From assembly GCA_051985685.1 (NCBI GenBank), contig JBPYFR010000175.1, forward strand, positions 3,495-67,494: DNA of 64,000 nucleotides, given 5' to 3'. Within the stretch, counting starts at the first letter, position 1, and every line of letters begins with the position of its first letter. Positions 1 through 8,814 of the stretch are shown one piece after another. Both the position numbers and the translations under genes were made by a program. The stretch comes from Acidimicrobiales bacterium (lineage in GTDB: Bacteria; Actinomycetota; Acidimicrobiia; Acidimicrobiales; RAAP-2). The notes below the pieces were generated by a model. That model did no database searches, was not told where the DNA came from, and saw nothing but the letters and a program-made list of their open reading frames with translations.

Positions 1-439
1 TCGATTCAGGAACCTCTCGCGGTCCCACACGTTGTGTTCGGTGTACACGACACCCGGTCGAGTTGAACGGCGGAGAGAAGCCACGACCAGCTGCCCGAGA
101 GCGGCTGCGTAGGGGAGGTGAAAGTGCACGATGTCGTAGTGCCCCCTCTGCAGCAGCCGCCGCAGCGCGACCATCCAGCGCAAGTCGGCGTCGTGGGCGG
201 CATTGAGGGCGTACACCGGCGTGCCGGTGGCCGAGATTGCCGGCACGAGGGCGTCTTCGCGCCGGAGGACATATGCCACCTCGTACTGGAACCGGTTTGT
301 GTCTGGTGCGGCCACCGTGTCGACCACCAGACGCTCGGCGCCCCCGTAGCCGAGACACTTGATCACGATCAGGACTCGAAGGGGTCTCCGGGGCGCCCGG
401 GTCGACAGGACCTCGACACCCCCCTCCTTGACGTCCACC
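1..439 (-). CDS. Glycosyltransferase family 4 (GT-B fold), N-terminal part; the 3' end lies beyond the left window edge
   Basis: Not listed as such in the ORF track. The minus-strand frame ending at nt 1 reads RVLIVIKCLGYGGAERLVVDTVAAPDTNRFQYEVAYVLRREDALVPAISATGTPVYALNAAHDADLRWMVALRRLLQRGHYDIVHFHLPYAAALGQLVVAS...VVYTEHNVW, which looks like a typical GT4 N-terminal Rossmann domain. Candidate GTG start at 439. The listed 6..272 and 118..459 ORFs are off-frame shadows. Confidence 0.7.
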
Positions 440-567
440 TGGCCATCGTACCGGCCTAGGCACCCTCCCGCTCCCCACCGGTTTGCCGGGGTGCGCGATA
501 CTGTCAACTCCGTTTCATGCCGGTTGGAGGAAGGCCCGCGTCCGCGGGCGGAGAGGTAACGCATTCA

Positions 568-1479
568 ATGAGCCTGCTGTCTCCTTCGGAGGGGAGCGCG
601 CCTTTAGGCGCCGGCAGCATCGAAGTGCGCCAGGCCGCATCGCCTCCGGACGAGCCACCGAGCGACCTCACCTACCGTCACCACGCCAGGCTGACCTCAT
701 CGCTCCGCGACCTCTGGGCCAGTCGCGACATCATCTTCACGCTGGCCGAGCGCGATATCCGGGCCCAGTACAAGCAGTCCACCCTGGGCATCCTCTGGGC
801 CCTGATCTTCCCCCTGGCCATGCTCGGCATCTTCACCATCATCTTTCGCCATGTGAAGTCGGTGGGAATCCCGGGCGTCCCCTATCCGCTCTTCGCCTAC
901 ACCGGGATTCTTTACTGGACCTTCTTCTCGGGATCGTTTGGCCAGGGTTCCTTGTCGTTGTTGACCAACAAGGCCCTCATGGAGAAGACCCAGTTTCCGC
1001 GGGAGTGCTTCCCGCTCGAGTCCGTATTGGTGACGGCCGTCAACTCGTCGCTGGCGGTGATTCCTTTGGGCCTGCTTTTCGCGATCTTCCATTACGCCCC
1101 CCACCCCGAGATTTTTATGTGGGGTCCGCTGCTGATACTCATCCAGGTGGGTTTCACCGTCGGCATTGTCGTCATGGTGTCCGCGCTGGTCATCCAGATG
1201 CGGGACCTGGCCCAGGTCGTTCCCATCGTCGTCATGTTGGGCTTGTTCGCCACACCGGTGATCTGGCAGTTCAAGGTGATTCCGGCGTCGCTGCAATCTG
1301 TGTACGCCTTCTTCAACCCGATGGCAGCCGTGATCGACGACACGCGACGGACGATGCTCCTCGGCTTGAGCCCCGTTCCGGGACCCCTTATGGCCGCCTT
1401 GGCCGGTGCCGTCTGCTATCTGCTCGTGGGCTATCTGATCTTCAAGCGATTGGAGGTGAACTTTGCCGACATTGCCTGA
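568..1479 (+). CDS. wzm: ABC-2 type polysaccharide export permease (Wzm/TagG-like)
   Basis: ORF 517..1479. Sequence LWASRDIIFTLAERDIRAQYKQSTLGILWALIFPLAMLGIFTIIF plus six hydrophobic segments is the classic ABC-2 exporter permease signature. ATG 568 follows a GGAGAGG-like site; ATG 517 is the alternative start. Confidence 0.9.
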   Translation: MSLLSPSEGSAPLGAGSIEVRQAASPPDEPPSDLTYRHHARLTSSLRDLWASRDIIFTLAERDIRAQYKQSTLGILWALIFPLAMLGIFTIIFRHVKSVGIPGVPYPLFAYTGILYWTFFSGSFGQGSLSLLTNKALMEKTQFPRECFPLESVLVTAVNSSLAVIPLGLLFAIFHYAPHPEIFMWGPLLILIQVGFTVGIVVMVSALVIQMRDLAQVVPIVVMLGLFATPVIWQFKVIPASLQSVYAFFNPMAAVIDDTRRTMLLGLSPVPGPLMAALAGAVCYLLVGYLIFKRLEVNFADIA

Positions 1480-2677
1480 CGGGTCGATCCATGTGGAGCA
1501 CGTCTGGAAGAAGTTCCGCGCCGACCGCACGGTGCCACTGTTCTACGACCAGATCGTCCGGCTGCGTAAGTCGGTCCGGGACGGAACGCGGAGGGACTAC
1601 CGCTGGGTCTTGAAGGACATCAACGTCCATGTCGAACCGGGCGGGACGCTGGGGCTCGTCGGCATCAACGGCTCGGGGAAGACCACGCTTCTCAAGATCA
1701 TCGCAAAGGTGACGTATCAGTCCGCCGGACGGTGCGAGGCGAAGGGCCGGCTGGGTGCGCTCCTGAACGTCCACAGCGGCATCCACCCCGACCTGACTGG
1801 GCGCGAGAACGTCTTTCTGTTCGGCGCCGTGCTCGGGATGTCGCGCAAAGTCACCCGCCAGCGATTTGATCAGATCGTCGAGTTCGCCGGGCTCAACGAC
1901 GCCATCGACCGTCAGGTCAAGTTCTTCTCTCTGGGGATGCAGATGCGACTGGGTTTCTCCATCGCCGCCCATCTGGGACCGGACATCCTTCTCGTGGACG
2001 AAGTGCTGGCGGTGGGTGATGCGAACTTCCAGCAAAAATGCATCAAGCGGATTGAGGAGGTCGTGCACGAGGGCACGACGCTCATTTACGTCTCCCACGA
2101 CCTCACGTCGGTCGAAGCCACGTGCGAACAGGCGCTGTGGTTGGCCGACGCAGTCGTGCAGGCTGCGGGCCCCACCAGGGAAGTGGCGAAGCTCTACCGG
2201 TCGTCCATTCAGGAGAACGCGTCGGTCAACACCACCGAGGACGGGGTCGTCCAACTGTTGAAATCGTCGATCGCCGGCCCGGACGGGGGCCCGGTCCTCT
2301 CGCTCGAGGACGCCGAGGTCCGGCTCACCCTCAATTCGCCCGAGCCGGTGGAGGCCGATCTCTTCGTCGGTGTCTCGTTGGGAGAGGCCTTCCCCATCTT
2401 CATCACGAAGCATCACGGCATGTTCCCGTCCGGCGACTTCGAGGTCCGGTGTCGGCTGCACGACATCCCGTTGCCCAAGGGCCACTACTCCGTCTGGACG
2501 GCGATGTCGATGTCAGGGCAAAGCGGCTTTGGTCACGGCCACTCCTCCGATCTGCCGTTGCTCCCGTGGAAGCCTGCCTTGTCCTTCGAGATCTTCGGAG
2601 CGGAGATCCTCGAGCCACCACAAGGGGTCATGGTGTCGGCTCCGCTCCACGTAGGCAGCTCGTGGGACGTCGAGTGA
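1463..2677 (+). CDS. wzt: Polysaccharide ABC exporter ATP-binding protein (Wzt/TagH-like) with a roughly 150-aa C-terminal Wzt_C-type beta-sandwich domain
   Basis: Walker A GINGSGKTT, signature LSLGMQMRL, Walker B ILLVDEVLAVGD. TTG start at 1463 lies 6 nt after GGAGG and overlaps the wzm stop. Residues from about 256 to 404 (nt about 2228-2677) extend beyond the NBD, as in cap-recognising Wzt proteins. Confidence 0.9.
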   Translation: MPTLPDGSIHVEHVWKKFRADRTVPLFYDQIVRLRKSVRDGTRRDYRWVLKDINVHVEPGGTLGLVGINGSGKTTLLKIIAKVTYQSAGRCEAKGRLGALLNVHSGIHPDLTGRENVFLFGAVLGMSRKVTRQRFDQIVEFAGLNDAIDRQVKFFSLGMQMRLGFSIAAHLGPDILLVDEVLAVGDANFQQKCIKRIEEVVHEGTTLIYVSHDLTSVEATCEQALWLADAVVQAAGPTREVAKLYRSSIQENASVNTTEDGVVQLLKSSIAGPDGGPVLSLEDAEVRLTLNSPEPVEADLFVGVSLGEAFPIFITKHHGMFPSGDFEVRCRLHDIPLPKGHYSVWTAMSMSGQSGFGHGHSSDLPLLPWKPALSFEIFGAEILEPPQGVMVSAPLHVGSSWDVE

Positions 2678-2725
2678 CTGCCTCCGTCTCTTCACGGCTG
2701 TGCGGAACGTGGCGATGGGCGGGGG

Positions 2726-3595
2726 CTACGGGAAGAACACGTGATGTGTCACCGATGCTGCGAGTCGTCCGGTTCGCACGCCGAACACCCGGAGCCAATC
2801 GACGCGTCGCGCCGGACTGAGCAGACCAGGGATTGTCACCATCAACCAGGCCCACGCCTTTGCCGCTCCCCGAAGATCGCGCTTCATTCCTTCGGCTCGG
2901 TAGCGCCGATAGAGCTGCGGGCCACAACGCCCGTACGCCCAGCCGGCGTGCAACGCCGCCCTGCTACCCGAGGGGTCGCGTTTTGCCACGACTGCATCGG
3001 CCGTGGCCGTGAACCGGTACCCCGCGAGTTGCATCCGCCAGCTCAGGTCGACGTCTTCTCCGAAAGGAAGGGAGTCGCAAAAGCCCCCGACCGCGTCGAA
3101 GGCGTCTCTGCGCACGGCCAGGTTGGCGCCGAGGGCGAACGGGAGGAATCCGAGCAGCCGGGTGGCCGGAGGCAGAGGATCCAACTGCAGGCGGCCGTTC
3201 AGAGAGGCGAAGTCGAACACGCCGGCGACCACGTCGGAGTCGGCCAGAGCCGCCACCAGTGCCGCCAGCCAACCCGGGCGTACCAGGTCGTCGGCGTCGC
3301 AGAAGGCCACCATCCGGCCCCGCGTCGCTTGGACGCCGGTGTTCCGAGCCGCGCCGGCTCCTCGCCGGGCCGACGCGTCCACGAGCCGGAAGCGAGGATC
3401 GCGCGCGGACCAAAGCTGGACACAAGCGCGCGTTCCGTCTGCGGATCCGTTGTCGGCCACAACGGCTTCCCAGTCTTCGGACAGTACCTGGGCGGACAAT
3501 GCCTGGAGTTGTCGCTCAATCCACGGCATGCCGTTGCGGACGGGCACCACCACGCTGATCACCGGGCGGTGGTTCGCTTCCTGCTCCTCCGCCAC
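2726..3595 (-). CDS. Glycosyltransferase family 2
   Basis: ORF 2726..3718. VISVVVPVRNGMPWIERQLQALSAQ...VVADNGSADGT...FCDADD (DxD). I prefer GTG 3595, because ATG 3718 would overlap the divergent gene starting at 3643 by 76 nt. The start is uncertain. Confidence 0.8.
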   Translation of the reverse strand: MAEEQEANHRPVISVVVPVRNGMPWIERQLQALSAQVLSEDWEAVVADNGSADGTRACVQLWSARDPRFRLVDASARRGAGAARNTGVQATRGRMVAFCDADDLVRPGWLAALVAALADSDVVAGVFDFASLNGRLQLDPLPPATRLLGFLPFALGANLAVRRDAFDAVGGFCDSLPFGEDVDLSWRMQLAGYRFTATADAVVAKRDPSGSRAALHAGWAYGRCGPQLYRRYRAEGMKRDLRGAAKAWAWLMVTIPGLLSPARRVDWLRVFGVRTGRLAASVTHHVFFP

Positions 3596-3642
3596 GCCGA
3601 TGTCCTCCAGGTCCAGGGTTAGCCTACCGAGATGAGGGTGGC

Positions 3643-4662
3643 GTGAAGAATCGACCGGATCGGTCAGAGGGGGCGGTTGCCCGACCGGCTGGCGCACAGG
3701 CGCCTCCGGTGCCGGCATCCGTCACCGCCGTGGTGCTCACTCATCTCAGGCCGCGACTGGCGACCGACGTGGTGCGGGCTCTCGTGTTGCGAGAGGGCTT
3801 CCCACCCGATCGAATCGTGGTGGTCGTGAACGGGGCGGGGGGGCTCGAGGACGAAGAGTTGGAGACGCGGGTCCGCATGATCCGGCTGCCCCGCAATCTC
3901 GGGCCGGCCGGCGGGTTCGCCGCGGGCATGGAGGCCGCTTTTGGCGACCCCTCCGTGCAGTGGGCCTACTTGTGCGAGGACGACGTCGGTCTCTTCTCGC
4001 TTCCCAGCCCCCGGGTGAGGGACGTTGTGGATCGGGCCGAAGCGCGAAATCGCCAGCAGGGCCGGCCGCTCGGCGCGGTCGTCGCCTACGGGCGACGGTT
4101 CGTCGGACGAGGGGCTCACACCGTCAACGTCGTACCTCCGGACGGGAGCCCCCAGGAGCTGGTGCCGGTCGACGTGGCCTGTTGGGGGGCGACGCTGCTC
4201 GCACGCGAGGTCTTCGACGCGGGCATCCAACCGCACGATGAGTGGTTCTTCGAGCTGGAGGACTTCGACTTCTTCTGCCGGGTGCGCGAAGGAGGATTCG
4301 ACGTCCTCGTCGACGCTTTGTCGGCGCGCGCTGTGAGCGACCAGCAGACGTCGGCCGGCCGGGCGGAGGCTCTGGCACCGCATCGTCCGACCTACGAAAG
4401 CGAGCCCTGGAGACGGTATTACCACCATCGCAACACCGTTCTCCTTACAAGACGACACGGCCGTCCCTCGTGGCACGTGTGGAACCTTGCCTTCGCGGCC
4501 CGGCACGTGCAGAAGGCGACGGGTCGTGACGAGCGCAAGGCAATTTTCCACGGCCTCTGGGACGGCGCCCGGGGTCGTCTTGGTGAGCATCCCCGCTACG
4601 GCCGGACCGAGGGCGAACACGCCGCGGCGAGCGAGGAGGCTGATCTACCGTGTGCGGGGTAG
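3643..4662 (+). CDS. GT2-type (GT-A fold) glycosyltransferase, tandem paralogue 1 of 3
   Basis: SVTAVVLTHLRPRLA...VVVVNGAGG...LPRNLGPAGGFAAG...YLCEDDVGLF (DxD = EDD). GTG start in the context GGGTGGCGTGAAG, which is shared with the other copies. A WbbL/GlfT-like subfamily is only a guess from memory. Confidence 0.85.
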   Translation: MKNRPDRSEGAVARPAGAQAPPVPASVTAVVLTHLRPRLATDVVRALVLREGFPPDRIVVVVNGAGGLEDEELETRVRMIRLPRNLGPAGGFAAGMEAAFGDPSVQWAYLCEDDVGLFSLPSPRVRDVVDRAEARNRQQGRPLGAVVAYGRRFVGRGAHTVNVVPPDGSPQELVPVDVACWGATLLAREVFDAGIQPHDEWFFELEDFDFFCRVREGGFDVLVDALSARAVSDQQTSAGRAEALAPHRPTYESEPWRRYYHHRNTVLLTRRHGRPSWHVWNLAFAARHVQKATGRDERKAIFHGLWDGARGRLGEHPRYGRTEGEHAAASEEADLPCAG

Positions 4663-4687
4663 CGGCGGCAATAGAGATGGGGGTGGC

Positions 4688-5707
4688 GTGAACGTTCAAC
4701 CGGATTGGCCTGACGGAACCGATACACGCTCGGCTGGGGCACAGGTGTCTCAGGTGCCGGCATCGGTCACCGCCGTCGTGCTCACGTACAAAAGGCCGCG
4801 ACTGGCCACCGAAGTGGTGCGCTCTCTCGTCGAGCGAGAAGGTCTCCGACCCGATCGCGTGGTGGTGGTCGTGAACGGGGCCGGGGGGCTTGAGGACGAA
4901 GAGTTGGAGGCACGGGTCCGTATGGTCCGGCTGCCCCGCAATCTCGGGCCGGCCGGCGGGTTCGGGGCAGGGATGAAAGCGGCGTTCGACGACCCCTCCG
5001 TGCGTTGGGCCTACCTGTGCGAGGACGACGTGGGGCTCTTCTCGCTTCCCAGTCCCCGATTAGCCGACATCGTCGACCGAGCCGAAGCCCGAAAGAAGCG
5101 GCCGGGCCGGCCGATCGGCGCAGTCGTGGCCTACGGGCGACGGTTCGCCGGCCGCGGGGCTCACACCGTCAACTTGGTACCCCCGGAGGGGAGCCCCGAG
5201 GAGCTGGTGCCGGTCGACGTCGCCATGTGGGGGGCGACGCTGCTCGCACGCGAGGTCTTCGACGCGGGAATCCTGCCCGACGAGGAGTTCTTTTTTCTCA
5301 TGGAGGACTTCGACTTCTTCTGCCGGGTGCGACAGGGAGGATTCGACGTTCTCGTCGACGCCGTGTCGGCCCGCGCTGTGAGCGACCAGCAGACGTCCGC
5401 CGGCCGGGCCCAGGCTCTGGCACCGCACCGCCCGACTTACGAAAGCGAGCCCTGGAGGCAGTACTACCACCACCGCAACACCGTTCGCTTTACCAGGCGG
5501 CACGGACATCCCTCGTGGCACGTGTGGGACCTGGCCTTTGCAGCCCGGCACGTGCAGAAGGCGACGGGGCGTGAGGAGCGCCGGGCCATCTTCCACGGTC
5601 TCTGGGACGGCGCCCGGGGTCGTTTCGGTGAGCATCCCCGCTACGGTCGGACCGAGGGCGAACACTCCGCCGAGAACGAGAGACCTGATCCGGCGTGCGC
5701 GGGATAG
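4688..5707 (+). CDS. GT2-type glycosyltransferase, tandem paralogue 2 of 3
   Basis: C-terminal 339 codons of ORF 4487..5707. GTG 4688 sits in the same GGGTGGCGTGAA context as copies 1 and 3. About 85 percent aa identity to copy 1 by hand count. Confidence 0.85.
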   Translation: MNVQPDWPDGTDTRSAGAQVSQVPASVTAVVLTYKRPRLATEVVRSLVEREGLRPDRVVVVVNGAGGLEDEELEARVRMVRLPRNLGPAGGFGAGMKAAFDDPSVRWAYLCEDDVGLFSLPSPRLADIVDRAEARKKRPGRPIGAVVAYGRRFAGRGAHTVNLVPPEGSPEELVPVDVAMWGATLLAREVFDAGILPDEEFFFLMEDFDFFCRVRQGGFDVLVDAVSARAVSDQQTSAGRAQALAPHRPTYESEPWRQYYHHRNTVRFTRRHGHPSWHVWDLAFAARHVQKATGREERRAIFHGLWDGARGRFGEHPRYGRTEGEHSAENERPDPACAG

Positions 5708-5748
5708 CCGGCTTCTCGAGATGAAGGTGTCGTGAAGGCGAGGGTGGC

Positions 5749-6759
5749 GTGAAGGACCGCCCCGATCGGTCGCACGGGACCGGTGCACAGTCGGCTGTTG
5801 CACGGCGCACGGCGCCGGCATCGGTCACGGCCGTCGTGCTCACTCATCTCAGACCGCGGCTCGCGACCGACGTGGTGCGCTCTCTGGTCTTGCGAGAGGG
5901 CTTCCCTCCCGATCGGGTGGTGGTGGTCGTCAACGGAGCCGGGGGACTCGAGGACAAAGAGCTGGAGGCACGGGTCCGCATGGTCCGACTGCCTCACAAC
6001 CTCGGGCCGGCCGGCGGGTTCGCCGCGGGGATGGAGGCTGCGTTCGACGACCCCTCCGTGCAGTGGGCCTACCTCTGCGAGGACGACGTCGGGCTCTTCT
6101 CGCTCCCCAGCCCACGGGTGGCGGACGTCGTGGATCGCGCCGAAGCGCGGAAGCGGCGGGTGGGCCAACCCGTTGGCGCCGTCGTCGCCTTCGGGGGGCG
6201 GTTCGTCGGGCGAGGCGCCCACGTCGTCAACTTGGTACCTCCTGAGGGGTGCCCAGATGAGCTGGTGCCGATCGACGTGGCCACGTGGGGGGCGACGCTG
6301 CTGGCCCGTCAGGTCGTCGACGCCGGCATCAAGCCGGACCAGGTGTGGTTCTTCGGTTTGGAGGACTTCGACTTCTACTGCCGGGTGCGGGAGGGAGGAT
6401 TCGCCGTCCTCGTCGACGCCGTGTCGGCTCGCGCCGTAGCGGACCAGCAGACACCGGAGGGCCGGTCAGAGGCAATGCATCGTCCGACCGCAGAGAGCGA
6501 GCACTGGCGTTTGTACTACCACTTCCGCAACAGCGTTCTCCTGACCAGGCGGCACGGGCGTCCCTCGTGGCACCTGTGGAACCTGGCTTTCGCGGCCCGG
6601 AGGTTTCAGATGGCGACGGGGCGCGATGAGCGCAAGGCCATCTTCCAGGGCCTCTGGGACGGTGCCCGGGGTCGTTTCGGTCAGCATCCCGACTACGGCC
6701 GGACTGAGGGCGAACATGCCGCGGCGAACAAGAGGTCCGATCAGGCGTGTGCGGGATAG
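5749..6759 (+). CDS. GT2-type glycosyltransferase, tandem paralogue 3 of 3
   Basis: ORF 5749..6759 with the same motifs as copies 1 and 2. Its last 13 nt overlap the start of the AsnB-like gene. Confidence 0.85.
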   Translation: MKDRPDRSHGTGAQSAVARRTAPASVTAVVLTHLRPRLATDVVRSLVLREGFPPDRVVVVVNGAGGLEDKELEARVRMVRLPHNLGPAGGFAAGMEAAFDDPSVQWAYLCEDDVGLFSLPSPRVADVVDRAEARKRRVGQPVGAVVAFGGRFVGRGAHVVNLVPPEGCPDELVPIDVATWGATLLARQVVDAGIKPDQVWFFGLEDFDFYCRVREGGFAVLVDAVSARAVADQQTPEGRSEAMHRPTAESEHWRLYYHFRNSVLLTRRHGRPSWHLWNLAFAARRFQMATGRDERKAIFQGLWDGARGRFGQHPDYGRTEGEHAAANKRSDQACAG

Positions 6760-8714
6760 CGGGCATCCTCGACCCGAGGGCCTCGACCGGTGCCGACCGT
6801 TTGCGCGTCCTCGCCTCGACCATGGCTTCGTCCCTCGAGCACCGAGGGCCCGACGCCGATGGCGTCTGGGTCGACGCCGACGCCGGAGTGGCGCTGGGGC
6901 ACCAGCGCCTCGCCATCATCGACCTCGGAGTCGGCGGAGCACAGCCAATGGTCTCGTCCAGCGGGCGCTGGATCCTGGCCTACAACGGAGAGGTCTACAA
7001 CCACCCAGAGCTCCGGCGCCGGTTGGAGAGCGCCGGGGAACGATTCCGAGGAAGCTCCGACACGGAGGTGTTGCTGGCTGCCGTCGAACGCTGGGGAGTC
7101 GACCGGGCACTGGACGCATGTGAAGGGATGTTCGCAGCGGCGCTGTGGGACAGAAATGCTCGCGCGCTCCATCTTCTGCGCGATCGCTTCGGTGAGAAGC
7201 CTCTCTACTACGGCTGGATCGGCGCTGTGTTCGCCTTCGGGTCCGAGCTGAAGGCGTTGTGCACGCTGCCGGGATTCCCCGCTGAGGTAAATCGAGAGGC
7301 GGTGGCGAGCTACCTTCGGAACAACTGCATCCCGGCCCCTGACACGATCTGGCGGGGTGTGCAGAAGTTGCGTCCCGGCCATGTGGTGACGTTGCCAGAG
7401 GCGTCGACGCCGGGCGTTCTCCCGGAACAGCGCTGCTGGTGGTCCGCCGCCGACGCGGTGGCACGCGCGCGCCGGCACCCTCTGGCCCTCACGGATCGCG
7501 AGATGACCGACCAGCTCGAGGACGCATTGTCGAACTCGGTGTCCGCACGGATGGTCGCCGACGTCCCCGTGGGAGCGTTCCTCTCCGGCGGCATCGACTC
7601 GAGCACGGTCGTGGCGCTGATGCAACGACACGCCTCGGTGCCGGTGCGTACGTTCACGGTCGGATTCGAAGACCGCTCGTTCGACGAGTCGCCCGAGGCC
7701 GCCGCAGTAGCCGCGCACCTCGGGACCGACCACACGGCCGTCCACGTCGGGCACGCCGAGACACTCGATGTCATCGCCGAGATCCCGGAGATATGGGACG
7801 AGCCCTTCTCGGACGTCTCACAGATCCCGACACACCTCGTCAGCCGAGTGGCGCGCCGAGAGGTCACGGTGTCCCTGTCCGGAGACGGCGGCGACGAACT
7901 GTTCGCGGGCTACAACCGCCACGCCTGGCTGGACCGGGTATGGGGAAGAGTCGCCCGCGTGCCGGCCGGGGCACGCCGGACCGCAGGCTCGGCCCTGGGC
8001 CGCTTTCCACCCGGCGCCGTCGACAGAGCGGCCGCAGCCGCCGGCGTCCTTCCTGCCCGCTGGCGGCTGCGCAACCCGTCGACGAAGGTCGTCAAGCTGG
8101 CGCGCATCCTCGCCGCCTCGGACCCCCAGGACGCGTACCGGGCGCTGACCACCCACTGGGAGGACGCGACCTCGGTCGTGCTCGGGAGCCACCCGTGCGG
8201 CAGCGCTCAGGACGGAAACAGCTCGCCTGTCTCGGAGTCAGGGATCACAGAGCACATGCTGTGGTCCGACCTCGTCGGCTACTTGCCGGACGACATCTTG
8301 GTGAAGCTGGATCGCGCGGCGATGGCCGTGTCGCTCGAGACCCGAGTCCCGTTTCTCGACCGGCGGATCCTCGACTTGGCCTGGAGCCTTCCTCTCGACG
8401 CCAAGTTGCGCGCAGGGCAGACCAAGTGGTTGCTGCGTCAAGTGCTCGAACGCTACGTGCCGCCCGCGTTGACCGAGCGACCGAAGATGGGGTTCGGTCT
8501 GCCGATCGGAAACTGGCTCCGCGATGAGCTCGCTCCCTGGGCCGAGGAGCTCCTCGGCGAGCGACGTCTGCGTTCCCAGGGCCTCTTGGACCCGCTCCCG
8601 ATCCGGCAGGCCTGGGAGCTCCACCGCTCCGGCCGGCGGGACCTCGGCTACGAGCTCTGGGACGTGCTGGTCCTGCAGTCATGGATCGACAGGTGGAAGC
8701 CATGCCTCGGCTGA
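6747..8714 (+). CDS. Asparagine synthase (glutamine-hydrolysing) family amidotransferase (AsnB-like)
   Basis: N-terminus MCGIAGIL (Ntn Cys2 nucleophile), HRGPD, and SGGIDSS PP-loop motif. 655 aa. Confidence 0.92.
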   Translation: MCGIAGILDPRASTGADRLRVLASTMASSLEHRGPDADGVWVDADAGVALGHQRLAIIDLGVGGAQPMVSSSGRWILAYNGEVYNHPELRRRLESAGERFRGSSDTEVLLAAVERWGVDRALDACEGMFAAALWDRNARALHLLRDRFGEKPLYYGWIGAVFAFGSELKALCTLPGFPAEVNREAVASYLRNNCIPAPDTIWRGVQKLRPGHVVTLPEASTPGVLPEQRCWWSAADAVARARRHPLALTDREMTDQLEDALSNSVSARMVADVPVGAFLSGGIDSSTVVALMQRHASVPVRTFTVGFEDRSFDESPEAAAVAAHLGTDHTAVHVGHAETLDVIAEIPEIWDEPFSDVSQIPTHLVSRVARREVTVSLSGDGGDELFAGYNRHAWLDRVWGRVARVPAGARRTAGSALGRFPPGAVDRAAAAAGVLPARWRLRNPSTKVVKLARILAASDPQDAYRALTTHWEDATSVVLGSHPCGSAQDGNSSPVSESGITEHMLWSDLVGYLPDDILVKLDRAAMAVSLETRVPFLDRRILDLAWSLPLDAKLRAGQTKWLLRQVLERYVPPALTERPKMGFGLPIGNWLRDELAPWAEELLGERRLRSQGLLDPLPIRQAWELHRSGRRDLGYELWDVLVLQSWIDRWKPCLG

Positions 8715-8814
8715 CCGCGCGTCGGCCCCCACACGGGCACCGTCACGTGGGCGCGGAGGTTGCACCCGGCGAGACAGGCTGGTTCGTGCGGATGCACCTG
8801 ACGTGACCGAGGCC

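Larger units (their letters stand above)
3629..6770. repeat. Tandem triplication, unit about 1.05 kb, each unit carrying one GT2 gene
   Basis: The unit boundary motif GAGATG(A/G)(A/G)GGTG(G/T)CGTGAA recurs at about 3629, 4674 and 5720. Start-to-start spacing is 1045 and 1061 nt. All three ORFs end ...CAG-TAG. Confidence 0.9.

Noticed and set aside
4487-4687. Upstream extension of GT2 copy 2 (ORF 4487-5707). Similar extensions occur at 8524-8814, 43911-44300, 45100-45279, 55583-55819 and 59656-59841.
   Set aside because: Each extension overlaps the 3' end of the preceding, well-supported gene. It is replaced by an internal start with better context, either a conserved junction motif or an SD.
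3629-6770. Whether the repeated region could be a CRISPR array or a mobile-element repeat.
   Set aside because: The repeat unit is about 1.05 kb and is a complete protein-coding gene with about 15 percent divergence. There are no short direct repeats with unique spacers and no cas or transposase genes anywhere in the window.
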